Below are positions 1 to 11,589 of a stretch of 64,000 nt of DNA, piece after piece. The notes below the pieces were generated by a model, which made no database searches, had not been told where the DNA came from, and saw only the letters and a list, made by a program, of their open reading frames with translations. The position numbers and the translations under genes were made by a program. The stretch spans positions 14,942,001-15,006,000 of the forward strand of contig NC_043016.1 of the NCBI RefSeq assembly GCF_006345805.1. Reading direction: 5' to 3'. How positions within the stretch are numbered: position 1 is the first letter of the stretch; each line of letters starts with the position of its first letter. Source of the stretch: Octopus sinensis (taxonomy: Eukaryota).

Positions 1-61
1 AATGTACAATTAGAATTTGTGCGCATTGATCCATTTATTTGCCATACTTTACAAGGGAAAG
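1..61 (+). CDS. DDOST: DDOST/OST48 (oligosaccharyltransferase 48 kDa subunit), third-to-last exon, 5'-truncated by the window edge
   Basis: Translates NVQLEFVRIDPFICHTLQGK, matching the OST48 motif QLEFVRIDPF. GT donor at 62-63, phase 1, compatible with the next exon. Confidence 0.93.
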
Positions 62-311
62 GTAAAGCAATTCTATTCAAGTGACTATTATTAATTCATG
101 CATAGTTTTACCATTAATAAACAATGTCAGTTGCATTTTCAGAATCATTTCTAGCCACAAAAATAAATATACAACTTTAAAAACTCTTTTCTACAAAAAT
201 AAAACAACTTTAAAACACTTTTCTCTTTATCCTTAAATTTGGTTAATGTCTTTCAATTTAGTCACATTTCAAAATCTTTTTCTATTTTACAATTCCTTTT
301 TTTATTTTTAG

Positions 312-418
312 ATGGTATATTTTCAACTCGCTTTAAACTTCCTGATGTTTATGGTGTGTATCAGTTCAGAATAGACTTTAATAGAATGGGATTCACACAT
401 CTATTCAGCTTGACTCAG
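312..418 (+). CDS. DDOST: DDOST/OST48 penultimate exon
   Basis: AG at 310-311 and GTAAGT donor at 419. Encodes (D)[35 protein letters not shown], matching the OST48 [21 protein letters not shown] segment. Confidence 0.96.
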
Positions 419-610
419 GTAAGTCTCTTGACCTCTTATAGATTAAATTTTACTTTTCATGAGATTATAATTTGTAGAATATTTGACCTATGTTTCCAGA
501 TATTTTCAAATTTGATTCACGTAGGTTCACATATGAAAGTACTATCATGATGATATTTACAAAAATGTAGTTTGATGGTAAAATTAAGATCTATAAATTT
601 TGTTTTGTAG

Positions 611-766
611 GTATCTGTACGTCCATTAGAGCATACGCAATACGAAAGATTTATACCATCAGCGTATCCTTATTATGTGAGTGCATTTTCTATGATGTTT
701 GGTGTGTTCCTGTTAAGTTTGGTATTCCTCCACTACAAAGAAGATGTCAAAGAAAAAGACGAGTGA
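611..766 (+). CDS. DDOST: DDOST/OST48 last coding exon (TM helix and KxKxx ER-retrieval tail)
   Basis: AG at 609-610. Encodes [51 protein letters not shown], with TGA at 764-766 and AATAAA at 846-851. Confidence 0.97.
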   Translation, partial: VSVRPLEHTQYERFIPSAYPYYVSAFSMMFGVFLLSLVFLHYKEDVKEKDE

Positions 767-1399
767 ACATAGCTAAACCAGTAGAAAGTAAAATGACTCA
801 TTCCATTTCACATTTTATTACATTTTCTTCAACTAAAAAATTGTTAATAAAATTAAAAAAGTATTCTGTCTTTTTTTTTTATTTACACATTCTGTGGCAA
901 AATGACAAAAAAACAAAACACAAACTTAATCTTTATTAATCTAAGTTCATATTTTTAACTCAAACGTTTTATTGCACTTTAACTTTAGAGTAAATTATTC
1001 CAAGGTAATATTCAGATTCAAATATCATTTATGAATAGACAGATGCTAAATAAACCTTCTCAGTTATTTTTTGTTGGCCAAGTTAATCTGTTTGATGTAG
1101 GAAGTATTAAAAACCTATTAGAAATAATTATACTGGAAAGAAAAGACATAATTATTTCTTCATCATTTTTATATCCATTTTACTATCCTGGCATGGCTTA
1201 AATGACACGGAAACAGGTTTTCCTGGGCTGGATATTCTCTGTCACCACATCAGTCATTGTTTTTCAAGTAAGGTATTTTTGATTCCCCTCATTCTCCATA
1301 TGATTCCCAAAGTACATTTTGTTTACTACAGAATGTCAATAGTTTTATAAATTTTGCTTAGACAGTGTTAATGAAGACATATAGCATCAACATTCCAGA

Positions 1400-1435
<36 letters not shown>

Positions 1436-1436
<1 letters not shown>

Positions 1437-1803
1437 GTGTCACGTAAAAAGCACCATCCATTCATGGCCGTTGCCAGCGCCGCCCCGACTGGCCTCGTGC
1501 CGGTGGCACGTAAAAAGCACCATCTGTTCATGGCCGTTGCCAACCTCACCTGGCCCCCGTGCCGGTGGCACGTAAAAAGCACCATCCGATCGTGGCCGTT
1601 TGCCAGACTCGTCTGGTACCTGTGCCGGTGGCACGTAAAAAGCACCCACTACACTCACGGAGTGGTTGGCGTTAGGAAGGGCATCCAGCCGTAGAAACAT
1701 TGCCAGATCAAACTGGGCCTGGTGCAGCCTTCTGGCTTCCCAGACCCCAGTTGAACCGTCCAACCCATGCTAGCATGGAAAGCGGATACTAAACGATGAT
1801 GAT
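1436..1803 (+). mobile_element. RTE-LINE-type 3' end / RTE-tailed SINE with four ~60-bp internal tandem units and a (GAT)n tail
   Basis: Four GCACGTAAAAAGCACC-type cores, then GGCGTTAGGAAGGGCATCCAGCCGTAGAAAC...CATGCTAGCATGGAAAGCGG and GATGATGAT. The same tail follows an RTE RT C-terminus at 18720-19315. Other copies: ~1915-2172(+), 2205-2440(-), 3262-3530(-), 20975-21070(+), 21090-21290(-), 22575-23055(+), 26165-26800(+), 38030-38330(-), 40878-41090(-), 54785-55130(+), 61960-62282(+), 62945-63165(+). Confidence 0.85.
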
Positions 1804-2479
1804 ATATATATATAGTATTAATAAAATAGATGGAATGTATAATAAACTTTATTGGGTACAATACATGTTTCAACCCGTTATGGATTTCTTCAGGTACATC
1901 AATAAAAAGTCTCATAAAAAAGCACCTGTGTTGTTGTCACATAAAAAGCACCTCTACTGGTGCCATGTATGAAGCACCTGTGCTGGTGTCACATAAAAAG
2001 CACCCAGTACACTCTGTAACGTCGTTGGGGTTAGGAAGGGTGTCTAACTGTAGAAACCTTCCCAAAACAGATAATTGGAGTTTGGTGCAGCTCTCTGGCT
2101 TGCCAACTTCTTGTCAAACCACCCAACCCATGCTAACATGGAAAACTAATGTTTGATGAGGATGAAGATGATACAAACACATACTCATTTCAGGCTCATT
2201 TCAGTTTCATCATCGCCGTTCTCGTTTAACATTCATTTTCCATGCTGACATGAGTTGGATGATTTGACAAGGAGTTGGCAAGCCAGCAGGCTGCATCAAA
2301 TTCCAACTGTCTGTTGTGACTTGGTTTCTATGGCTGGATGCCCTTCCTAATGCCACCACTTAACAATGTGTGCTGGGTGCAATTACACAGCACTGGTACG
2401 AGTGCATTTTACATGGCACCAGCACTTGTAAAGAACGAGCTTGTATATACTTAGCTTGACGTATTTTTTGAAGTACTGC

Positions 2480-3030
2480 AAATTGCCACTACTGGTCCCT
2501 TGTCATTTCCTCAGTAAGGTCCAGCATCTGAGGATCCTTTCTCACCACTTCGTCCCATGTCTTCCTGCGTCTACCCCTTCCACATTTTCCCTCCATAATT
2601 AGAGATTGGCACTTCTTTACACAACTGTCCTCATCCACACACATCACATGACCATACCAGCACAGTCTTCTCTTTTGCCCACAACATCTGATGTCTCTTA
2701 TACCCAGTTTTCCTCTTAAATCATTTACACTCTGTTGTGTGTGTGTGTGCACACTGATATTACCCATCCAGTGGAGCTTGCTAGATTCATTTCTTTCAAT
2801 CCTTCACAAGTCCTCTGTAGTCAAAGCCCATGTGTCACTGCCATGTAGCATAGCTGTACATACACAGGCATCATACAATCTGTCTTTCAATCTGAGGGAG
2901 AGGCCCTTAGTTACCAAAAAAGATAGCTCTCTGAACTTTGCCCAGCCTGTTCTTATTCTAACAACTACACTTTCAGAAATTCCTCCCCTATTGCTAACTT
3001 GGTCAGCTAGGTAACAAAAGCTATCTACTA
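2480..3030 (-). mobile_element. RTE-clade LINE reverse transcriptase C-terminal fragment
   Basis: ORF 2489..2767(-) reads RRLCWYGHVMCVDEDSCVKKCQSLIMEGKCGRGRRRKTWDEVV, the typical RTE RLxWxGHV...GRPRxTW end. Related remnants at ~4200-4720, 15580-15930, 17460-17830, 35540-35920 and 41150-41520. Confidence 0.85.
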
Positions 3031-6000
3031 TTTTGAATGATCATCCCCAAGCATTTGAGGAAATTTGTTGTCTACACGTTTTTTGTGTTTATTGTACCCA
3101 CACATGAAGACTATTTCCTCTGTTAACCTTTCTGTGATAAGGTTTTGGTGAAGCTGGGGAAAATATTTCCCCAAGATGCTATGTAGTAGGACTAAACCCA
3201 AAGCTACATGGTTGGTAAGTAGGCTTTTTAACCACATGGCCAAGCCTGTGCTTCCATAATCATCATCATCATCGTTGTTTTATGTTTGCCTTCCATACTG
3301 GCATGGGTGGGTCCTTATATGTGTATATTATCACTTAATGCCTGTCACCCATACTGGCATGGGTTGAACAATTTGATAGAATCCAACAAGCTGAACAACT
3401 GTGAATAGCCCAAGAGTTTGGTTTGGCAAGGTTTCTACAGCTGGGTGCCTGTCCTGATGCCAACCGTTTTGCAGAATGTATTGGATGGATTTTATTTTGT
3501 TTTTCGTGTCATCGGCACTAGTAAGATCATCAAGTAACTTGCAAGACAAAGAAAAAAAATGCTCCCTTGCCTGAGGGGGAGGGGCTTTATACAAGGTGTT
3601 GAGAAAGCAAAGCATGATAGAGGGACAGGCACAAATGTTTTGTTTTAGAAGTGGAAGGAGATATGCTCTGATGGTTTGGGGAAGTAGTTTAAGAGAGGAA
3701 ATGGTTAAGTTCATGAGAGTGTAAGGAAAGTGGCAAGAGATTACAGATGGGGGTAAAAAAAACATCTGTGGTAGGAGGAAGCCATGCAAGAAGGGTGAAG
3801 AGCAGAAAGTAGGGAGAATAGCCATACAAGAAGGGTGGTTGCCCAGAAAATAGGGAGATGATGAGGTGGGTAAGTAGAGGTAGCTTTAGTGCGATGGCAG
3901 ATACGAAAGGGTGATTAGCTATGGCAGTTGTAAGATGTAGGTTAGGAGTGAGGAAGAGATCCCTGGAGGCTCAGAAAGGGGTTAGCAGTGGAAAATATAT
4001 TATGAGGGAACGATGCTGAGAATAAAGGTTGAACGTTAAAGGAAGTAGTTTCAAGTAGGAGGGGAGGTAACTAGTAGCACAAAGGGGAGCGAATATGTTG
4101 AGATTTTGCTGTCAAAATTATTGCAACAGCTGAATAGTGTCAAGTTAGAAGGAAGATGAGAGGTAGGGAAAGCTTAACAGGTGCAGGGCCCAGTGAGTGT
4201 GTAGACATAATGCTTTTAGGACCTCACTTTTGTTATGAGACACAGTGAAATGGCAATTATTTCAGTCCTTTTTCATCTTGAGGCTCTATATTTTGAGATC
4301 AGCCTTCAGTACCATCCTATTGTCTTCCTGGGTCTCTCCCAAAGTTGCATCTACTATAAGAGATCAGCACTTCTTTATAAGGCTGTCTTCATCCATACGC
4401 ATCGCATAACCATATCGGTGCAGTCTTCTGTTTTGCTCACTCTCAATACTGTCATACATGCACAATTCATTGGAGTATGTTAGTTGCATTTTCTAGCCTT
4501 TGAATATCCTAAGCATTCAGGGATCATGTCTCACTACCATGCAGCATTGCTGTTCATATATCACAATCTCCCTTTCAACCGGAGAAAGAGATGCTTTCAG
4601 TTCTAACAGAGGTAATAAATCCTTAAACTTTCTCCAGCTGGTCCACATTCTAGCAACTATACTTTCAGAACATCCCCCTCCACTGCTAATTAGGTCACCT
4701 AAGTAACAGATACTATCTACAACCTCTTGGGAATTTGAGAGAATCTATTTCCTGTGTGTTCTTTGTGTTTATTGAACCTGCACATGTGCCACGTACAGAG
4801 TCTACTTTCTTTGTTAACCTCCATGTAATTCTATTGCACCCCATTGTGCACACACATAAACACAAACACAACAGCTTTCTGCATTATTTCAGTCTACTGT
4901 TCCATTCAAAAGACGTTTGTTGGCCTGAGGCTATATCGGAAGGCATTTGTTCAAGATGCCATACCAAGGAACTAAACCTTAAAATACGTGGCTGCAAACC
5001 AAACTTTTAACTGCTCAGACATGTCTGCACCTGTACTTAAAGACTTGTGACATATAATTATTGTGACAATTCCAGGCAACTTATTGGACAGACCTCACAT
5101 TACTTTAGTAGGATCAGCAACTGGCACCCTGTCAGTTATGACGACGAGTGTTCCTGTTGATCCAGTCAACATTACAGCCTACTTGTGCAACTGGCTGAGT
5201 ATTCCACAGACACGTGTACTCTTAATGTATTTCTCAGAAAGAGATTCAGCATGACACAGAATATGGCCCTTTTGAATTAGGAGTACGGCTCATTTTTGCT
5301 AGCTGATTGGACAGGAGCCACATGAAATAAAGTGTCTTGCTCAAGGACATTACGTGCCACCAGGAATCGAACTCACGACATTATGATCATAAACCAAATA
5401 CGCTATCAACTAAGCCTCGTCTTTCTTGTTAATGTAGGATAGAAGAGGTCGAGGCAGGAGGAGGTAACTCTAGACAACTTTCAGACCCCTTCTATCTTGC
5501 TTATGTCATTCAACATCTTGAATTGAGGTTAACACTAAAAACATTCACAGCATACCAAATTCTCAAATTCATTGTAGTAATAAAAGAGATTGTGAAAACC
5601 ATGTAGTTATTAGACATACAAATACAATGTATGTTTCGATGCTGGCATAACTTTACTGGTTCTGTGATATTTATCTCTGCATTCTGTTCAATTTCTTGGG
5701 GTTTTTTTTTTACCACTTCTCAAGTCCTAATCCATCTTCGTTTACCTCTGTTTTGTCAATACATGTAACTTCGAGCAGCAATCAGCTTTACTTGGAAGAA
5801 AGAAGATCTTGGTAGTGTCAGAAGTATCAATCATAATGTTTAGAAGAGAAGTGTGTACTTCTACAGATATGTGATATGTATTATTCTGAGTAAGGATAAT
5901 TACATGAATAATGAGAAGTCTACAGAAGAGAAAGGTTTTTAAAAAATGAGGCCAGAAGTGATGAGCAGAAAGAGTAAAAGATGCTGTCAGGAAACAGATC

Positions 6001-7581
6001 TGTCTAACCCATGCCAGCTTAGAAAAGTGGATGTAAAAATGAATGTGCTATGAAGATGTGTATTTAATTAACTAATTCTTTCTCAGTTTTAAATGACTTC
6101 ACTAAACAATCTGTTACTTCAATCAATATTTGAAATGTGATGGCGCTGTCAGACTGATTTCAAATTTTGGCACAGAACTAGTAATTTTGAAGACGGGTCT
6201 AAGTCAAAGATATCAACCTCAGTACTCAACAGGTAATTATTTTATCAACCCTGGAAGGATAAAAAGCAAAGTTGACCCAGGCTGTATTTGAATTCAGAAT
6301 ATTAAGTTAGAAGAAATTCTAAGCATTTTTTTTTTCCTGGTGTGGTAATGATTCTGCCATTTCACTGTCTTGAAATGGCTCTTCAAACTATTTGGATCAG
6401 CAAGAGACATTTTAATGTAATCAAGTGACCGCTAGAAATAGCAGCTGAATTTCTCAACACTCATATCCAACTTGCTTTTAGAAAAGGAACTGTTGTACAG
6501 TGTAGGCTTATATGGGGTGTATCTGAATAAAAGAAAGAATGAAACAAGTTTGTATGATCAGAGCTGACCTGGAACTAAGGAAAAAATTTCAAAATTATCT
6601 GATCAGAATTTGGCAAAAAGTAAGAGCATCAGAGTGGATATTTTGTAGTATCCTTGTTTTGTTTAATTTTAATTTTTTTTTGGCTTTTTTTCATATATCT
6701 TCATATTGAAATGTAGATCCCTCAAAGAAAGCTTTAATGTTTAGATTTAGAATTGATTATATAAAGTACTAAGTACTAGCAATGCCTTAGTCAGACTCAT
6801 ATCCTCATCAAGATTGTTGTTTTCACTACATTTTGACTGTACTCTCCAGTCTTGTAGGTGACCAGCAATAAAGTCACAATTTGGACTAGGAAAAAAGTCA
6901 CAATTAATTTATAGGGTCCAGACTCCCCACCTCTTTCCTTGGGAAAACTCCAGTGACTTTTTCACCTGGATTCGTCTTGTGATTCCCCTTAGTGCTTTGC
7001 TTGGGATTGAACACAGCCGAAACATGGTGAAAAGCAACATCCAAGATGAAGACATCACTCCTCATCTCAAAAATATAGAATTGTAAAGTACCAGTAACTT
7101 TGGATTAAAATCGGGAATAGAACATCTCTCCTTTTTTTATCAGTTAAAATTAAGTTTATCGTTATTGCATACATCAAGAACAGAGTTAAAGCATTCCAGC
7201 TTCAAGAAATGTGTGTGTGTGTGTGTGTGCAGGGATGGTTGTGAAATTAAGGGTTTTCATTTGTAATAATTTGGTTTTGAGTTCACTCTCACTACATGGC
7301 ACCTTGAACAAGTATCTTCTGTTCCAGCTGAATATCGAACAATACTTAATGAGTGGATCTTATAGATGGATGTGCATTCAATCTGCACCGCCTATGTTAA
7401 CACACACACACACACACACTCTCTCTCTCTCCACAGTATAAGTCATGAATGGAAAATCAACTAACCAACATTTATATCAACTATTAATGTAAGAAATGCA
7501 TAAAATTATGTACATGTATATGCATGTGTGTGTGTGTGTATACACAATTATACACAGATGTATACTTTTATATATATATTT

Positions 7582-7625
<44 letters not shown>

Positions 7626-7630
<5 letters not shown>

Positions 7631-8210
7631 GGTACGAAAATAACACTGATATCTCATTTTAACAGATATATTTGCCGAAATTACATAAAAATATCTTGAA
7701 ATACTAAAGAGTAAATTTGTTTAATAAAATCGCCATTGGCTTTAACCATGGCCTCCAGATAACTTCAGAATTTCCAGCAACTTCTCTGGTCAGTTTCCTT
7801 GTTTAAGTTGGTGATTGCTGCCATAATCCTTGTCTTCAGTTCATCTTTAATGTTACAAGGAGTTTTGTTGGTCTCTTGCTAAACTGCACTCCACACATAA
7901 TAATCAAGGGGGTTGTAGTCTGGGGAGTTAGGGGTGATATGGTCGCAGAAATTGTCTGACAGCCATGACTGGGTTCTCCTGCTTGTGTGGCATGGTGCAG
8001 AGTCCTGATGCCAGACATAGGGTCTTCAAGCAGCCACCCTCTTCACCCTGGACATCACTACCTCCTCTATACACTTGATGTAGGTCTCAGTGTTGAGGCC
8101 ATGTGGGAAGATGAATGGAGGCACGTCACCATCACTAGGGATCATTCCAAACACCATGATGTTGACTGGATGTTTGATTTTTATCACTCTCCTCCCTATT
8201 GAGGATCACA
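7626..8210 (-). mobile_element. Decayed Tc1/mariner-superfamily (DD37D/maT-like) transposase, C-terminal half with terminal end
   Basis: Minus-strand translation HPVNIMVFGMIPSDGDVPPFIFPHGLN...RPYVWHQDSAPCHTSRRTQSWLSDNFCDHITPNSPDYNPLDYYVWSAV*, with in-frame stops. TA-CAGGGT end at ~7626. Confidence 0.8.
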
Positions 8211-8213
8211 CAT

Positions 8214-8590
8214 TTACTCTTTATTCTTTTACTTGTTTCAGTCATTTGATTGCGACCATGCTGGAGCACCGCCTTTAGTCAAGCAAATCGACCCCCAGGA
8301 CTTATTCTTTGTAAGCCTGGTACTTATTCTACTGGTTACTTTTGCCGAACCGCTAAGTTATGGGGACATAAACACACCAGCATCGGTTGTCAAGCGATGT
8401 TGGAGGAGGGACAAACGCAGACACACACACACACACATACATATATATAGTTTCCGTCTACCAAATCCACTCTCAAGGCTTTGGTCAGCCCAAAGCTATA
8501 GTAGAAGACACTTGCCCAAGGTGCCACACAGTGGGACTGAACCCGGAACCATGTGGTTGGTAAGCAAGCTACTTACCACACAGCCACTCC
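8214..8590 (-). mobile_element. tRNA-derived CORE-type SINE (family A)
   Basis: Reverse complement of GGAGTGGCTGTGTGGTAAGTAGCTTGCTTACCAACCACATGGTTCCGGGTTCAGTCCCACTG..TGGCACCTTGGGCAAGTG (A/B boxes plus CORE-like segment), ending GACTGAAACAAGTAAAAGA. Other copies: 9120-9277(-), 37520-37990(-), 41533-41970(+), 45660-45850(-), 54640-54770(+), 59553-59953(-), 62460-62760(-), 63818-63990(+). Confidence 0.9.
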
Positions 8591-8594
8591 TACG

Positions 8595-8597
8595 CCT

Positions 8598-8645
<48 letters not shown>

Positions 8646-8657
8646 TATTCGAGACAG

Positions 8658-8704
<47 letters not shown>

Positions 8705-9085
8705 ATATATATGTATGTATATATATATGTATGTATATATATATGTATGTATATATATATGTATGTATATATATATGTATGTATATATATATGTATGTAT
8801 ATATATATGTATGTATATATATATGTATGTATATATGTATGTATATATATATATGTATGTATTATATATATATATATATATAATATATGTATGTATATAA
8901 TATGTATGTATGTATATATATATGTATGTATATATATATGTATGTATATATATATGTATGTATGTATATATATGTATGTATGTATATATATATATATATG
9001 TATGTATATATATATGTATGTATGTATATATATATATATATGTATGTATATATATATATATGTATGTATATATATATATATATGT

Positions 9086-9118
<33 letters not shown>
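8595..9118. repeat. Compound (TA)n/(TATG)n microsatellite
   Basis: Directly visible. It generates the spurious MYIY-type ORFs. Confidence 0.97.
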
Positions 9119-9645
9119 CGACGGGTTCTTTCAGTTTCCGTCTATCAAATCCACTCACAAGGCTTTGGTCGGCCTGAGGCTATAGCAGAAGACACTTGCC
9201 CAAGGTGTCACGCAGTGGGACTGAACCCGGAACCATGTGGTTGGTTAGCAAGCTGCCTACCACACAGCCACTCCTGCGCCATTGTTGATTTAAAAAAAAA
9301 ATTGTTTGTCTCGTTTACATGCATAACCCTCACAACAACACACTCACACACATACATACACACATTCTTTGTTTTGTCCTGTACTGTCCGTAATGTTTTT
9401 GTTAATGTAAACCCTTGTGGTTAATAAAGAAATCGTCATCATCATCATCGTTTCATTATTATTATTATTATTATTTGTTATTATTATTATTATTATAAAA
9501 TAAAAGAAATTATCATTGTTTTATTTTATTTTTCAGAGAGTTACATTTTAGTATAATTATTTAATCCATTTATATCTGCTATAATTCGTAGAACGAAAGA
9601 CGGAATCAACCGTGACGAAAGATTAATCTAAAAGGTGTGATGTAA

Positions 9646-9755
9646 GGCGAAGGTAAAGAATACGTACACCTGGTGGTTAGGGTTAAGGTTTAAGGTTAGA
9701 ATAAGGGTTAGGGTTATGCTGGAAACGGGTGGTGTGCGTATTCTTCACCCCCGCC
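9646..9755. mobile_element. Small hairpin/MITE-like element: 25-bp inverted arms around degenerate TTAGGG repeats
   Basis: The left arm GGCGAAGGTAAAGAATACGTACACC (9646-9670) matches the reverse complement of 9731-9755 at 21/25 positions. The interior has TTAGGG at 9677 and 9708 plus TTAAGG variants. Confidence 0.65.
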
Positions 9756-10109
9756 GTGATATGAAAGGTTTATGGTTGCGATTTTACTCACTTCACTCTA
9801 CAAAATAACCTTCGAAATTATATTCTAATCTGACGGTTTTATAAATCCGTTGAATTGGACATAAAGCAGTCAGAAAGGTAAACATTATCGGAAATGTTTT
9901 CCTTCCAATAATGTTTCGAAAGAAGAAGAAATAAATGAACGGTAGAACTATGAGAATTTATTAAAGAATCTAATGAAAGATGCAGTTTTAATTAACATGA
10001 ACGGTTCCGGTCATCAGATTTATGTTATAATAATAATAATAATAATAATAATTGTGTACAGTGCTCAGGTGCACTACAACTCATCTATAATTATCTCGGC
10101 ATGACGTTT

Positions 10110-10123
10110 GTTTACATAGCAAC
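10110..10123. promoter_or_regulatory. RFX X-box-like motif
   Basis: GTTTACATAGCAAC has a perfect RGYAAC half-site and an imperfect left half. It lies in a CpG-retaining region upstream of the CEP15-like gene. Confidence 0.45.
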
Positions 10124-10892
10124 GGGAACAAAAATGTCATGAAAGAATTCTAATACCCCAACATATGAGAGAGGTGTAAAGGTGTAGATGGAGGAAAACT
10201 TTAAAACTAGTTTCCTATAATTGATGTTAAAGGAAACGATAATGTCATACGATATAAAGCAGACAATTATGAATTTAGAGAAAGCATATTTATAACTAGA
10301 ATTGGTACAAATCTCTTGAAGACTCCATGCTTTCTGAATATCGTGTTGTGGCTTGACCTTTTTGCTATCTAAATAATTTTCAAGCTTGTGATTTTTGGTT
10401 TGTGTTTAAATTTCATTAAAAACACAAATAAAATAATAATAAAATAACAGCAAAAAATTTTTATTCTCGGTGAAAATATTGTATTTTTAATTCTTAAATT
10501 ATAAATTACGTTTCTTAAAACGATTTTTTTCCTTCCTTTTATGTCATGATTAGAATGTAAAGATAACTAAATAAAGCCACCGCAATGTCCACAGTATTCC
10601 TTCACTTGATTATCTCATAATTTTCCCCTTTTCTAATACAGAATTATCTGCGTGGGACGATAATAGCACCATCGCTGATATTAGTGGTTTAAAATGGCAT
10701 TTCACAGCACAATTCTTGCATTTATATTTAACTTCTCTTTCGCTGAAAACGGACACGAAACTTGTCCATGTCAGTTCTAATCGTTGAGTTTCAAGACTAA
10801 TAAATAAATCAGGATTTGAACATTAAAATTCTGTCGCCAAAACTAATTCTTCCGCACACAAACTGCCTACGTTTTCCACATATGTTAATTTC

Positions 10893-10905
10893 GTTACCTA
10901 GCAAC
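10893..10905. promoter_or_regulatory. RFX X-box in the probable promoter of the CEP15-like gene
   Basis: GTTACCTAGCAAC fits GTNRCC-N(0-3)-RGYAAC exactly. Extra GGTAAC and GTTACC half-sites lie at 10906-10926. Confidence 0.7.
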
Positions 10906-11589
10906 GGTAACATCACCAAGGTTACCTTACAATGAAAGCGTTTTCGTTAAGGAACAATTTTTCTTTTTGATAATTTAAAATTGTGAACTTGGTAGAATTT
11001 TATATTTGTTGGATCTTAACCTTTTTGTTTATTATTATTTAATATTTATAGTTTGAGAAATTCACGAAGTGTTTCCTTTTTTGAAAGAAGAGTTCAATTA
11101 TTATTATTATTATTGTTATTATTGAAATCCTAATTATTATTTTTTTTTTAAATTCTCTCTTAACGAATGAATTTTTAAAAAAGCAAAGAAAATACTTTTG
11201 TTAAAGACTTTTAAAGGTGTGGACTGCCTGTTCTAGAAAAAGGTAAGTTGCCCCTCCTAGTTTTCTCCTCTTATGTCAGTGTTAGAACTGTTGCATCAAG
11301 ACACATGGCCTAAGGTCACTAGGTTTCCTATGTATTAGCCATCATCCAGTCCATCCTTGATGTACATATTCGTGCTGTCTTTTGTGTGTTTACAGGGAGC
11401 ATACGTCATTTAGGTGTTTCAAAATAAGAATGGTGTTTATTTTGTATTTAGACCAACACAACAAATGATTGAAGTTTTTAAAATATGAAGAGAAAAATAT
11501 TCAATGTTACAATATAAACACAAACGCATAATACAGTATAGAATTAAACATGGTATTCCCCAGTCTTGTAAAAATCTTGGATTTTACAA

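Noticed and set aside
1170-1312. Minus-strand frame with an in-frame TGA (KYLT*KTMTDVV) as a selenoprotein; also a plus-strand MTRKQVFLGW... mini-exon
   Set aside because: There is no Sec motif context, no SECIS identified, no partner exons and no promoter. Chance is the likely explanation.
1436-1655. CRISPR-like look: a ~20-nt core repeated with ~40-nt linkers
   Set aside because: The linkers are homologous to each other, the block recurs inside RTE 3' ends across the window, the DNA is eukaryotic, and there are no cas genes.
8695-9424. Long ORFs such as the 241-aa MYIYMYVY... (also 48.3-48.9 kb and 50.6-51.2 kb)
   Set aside because: They are translations of TA/TG microsatellites, which lack stop codons in some frames.
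10188-10372. Apparent ~60-aa ORF MEENFKT... as the CEP15-like first exon
   Set aside because: There is a stop after 10 codons (TSFL*), no donor site and no family similarity.
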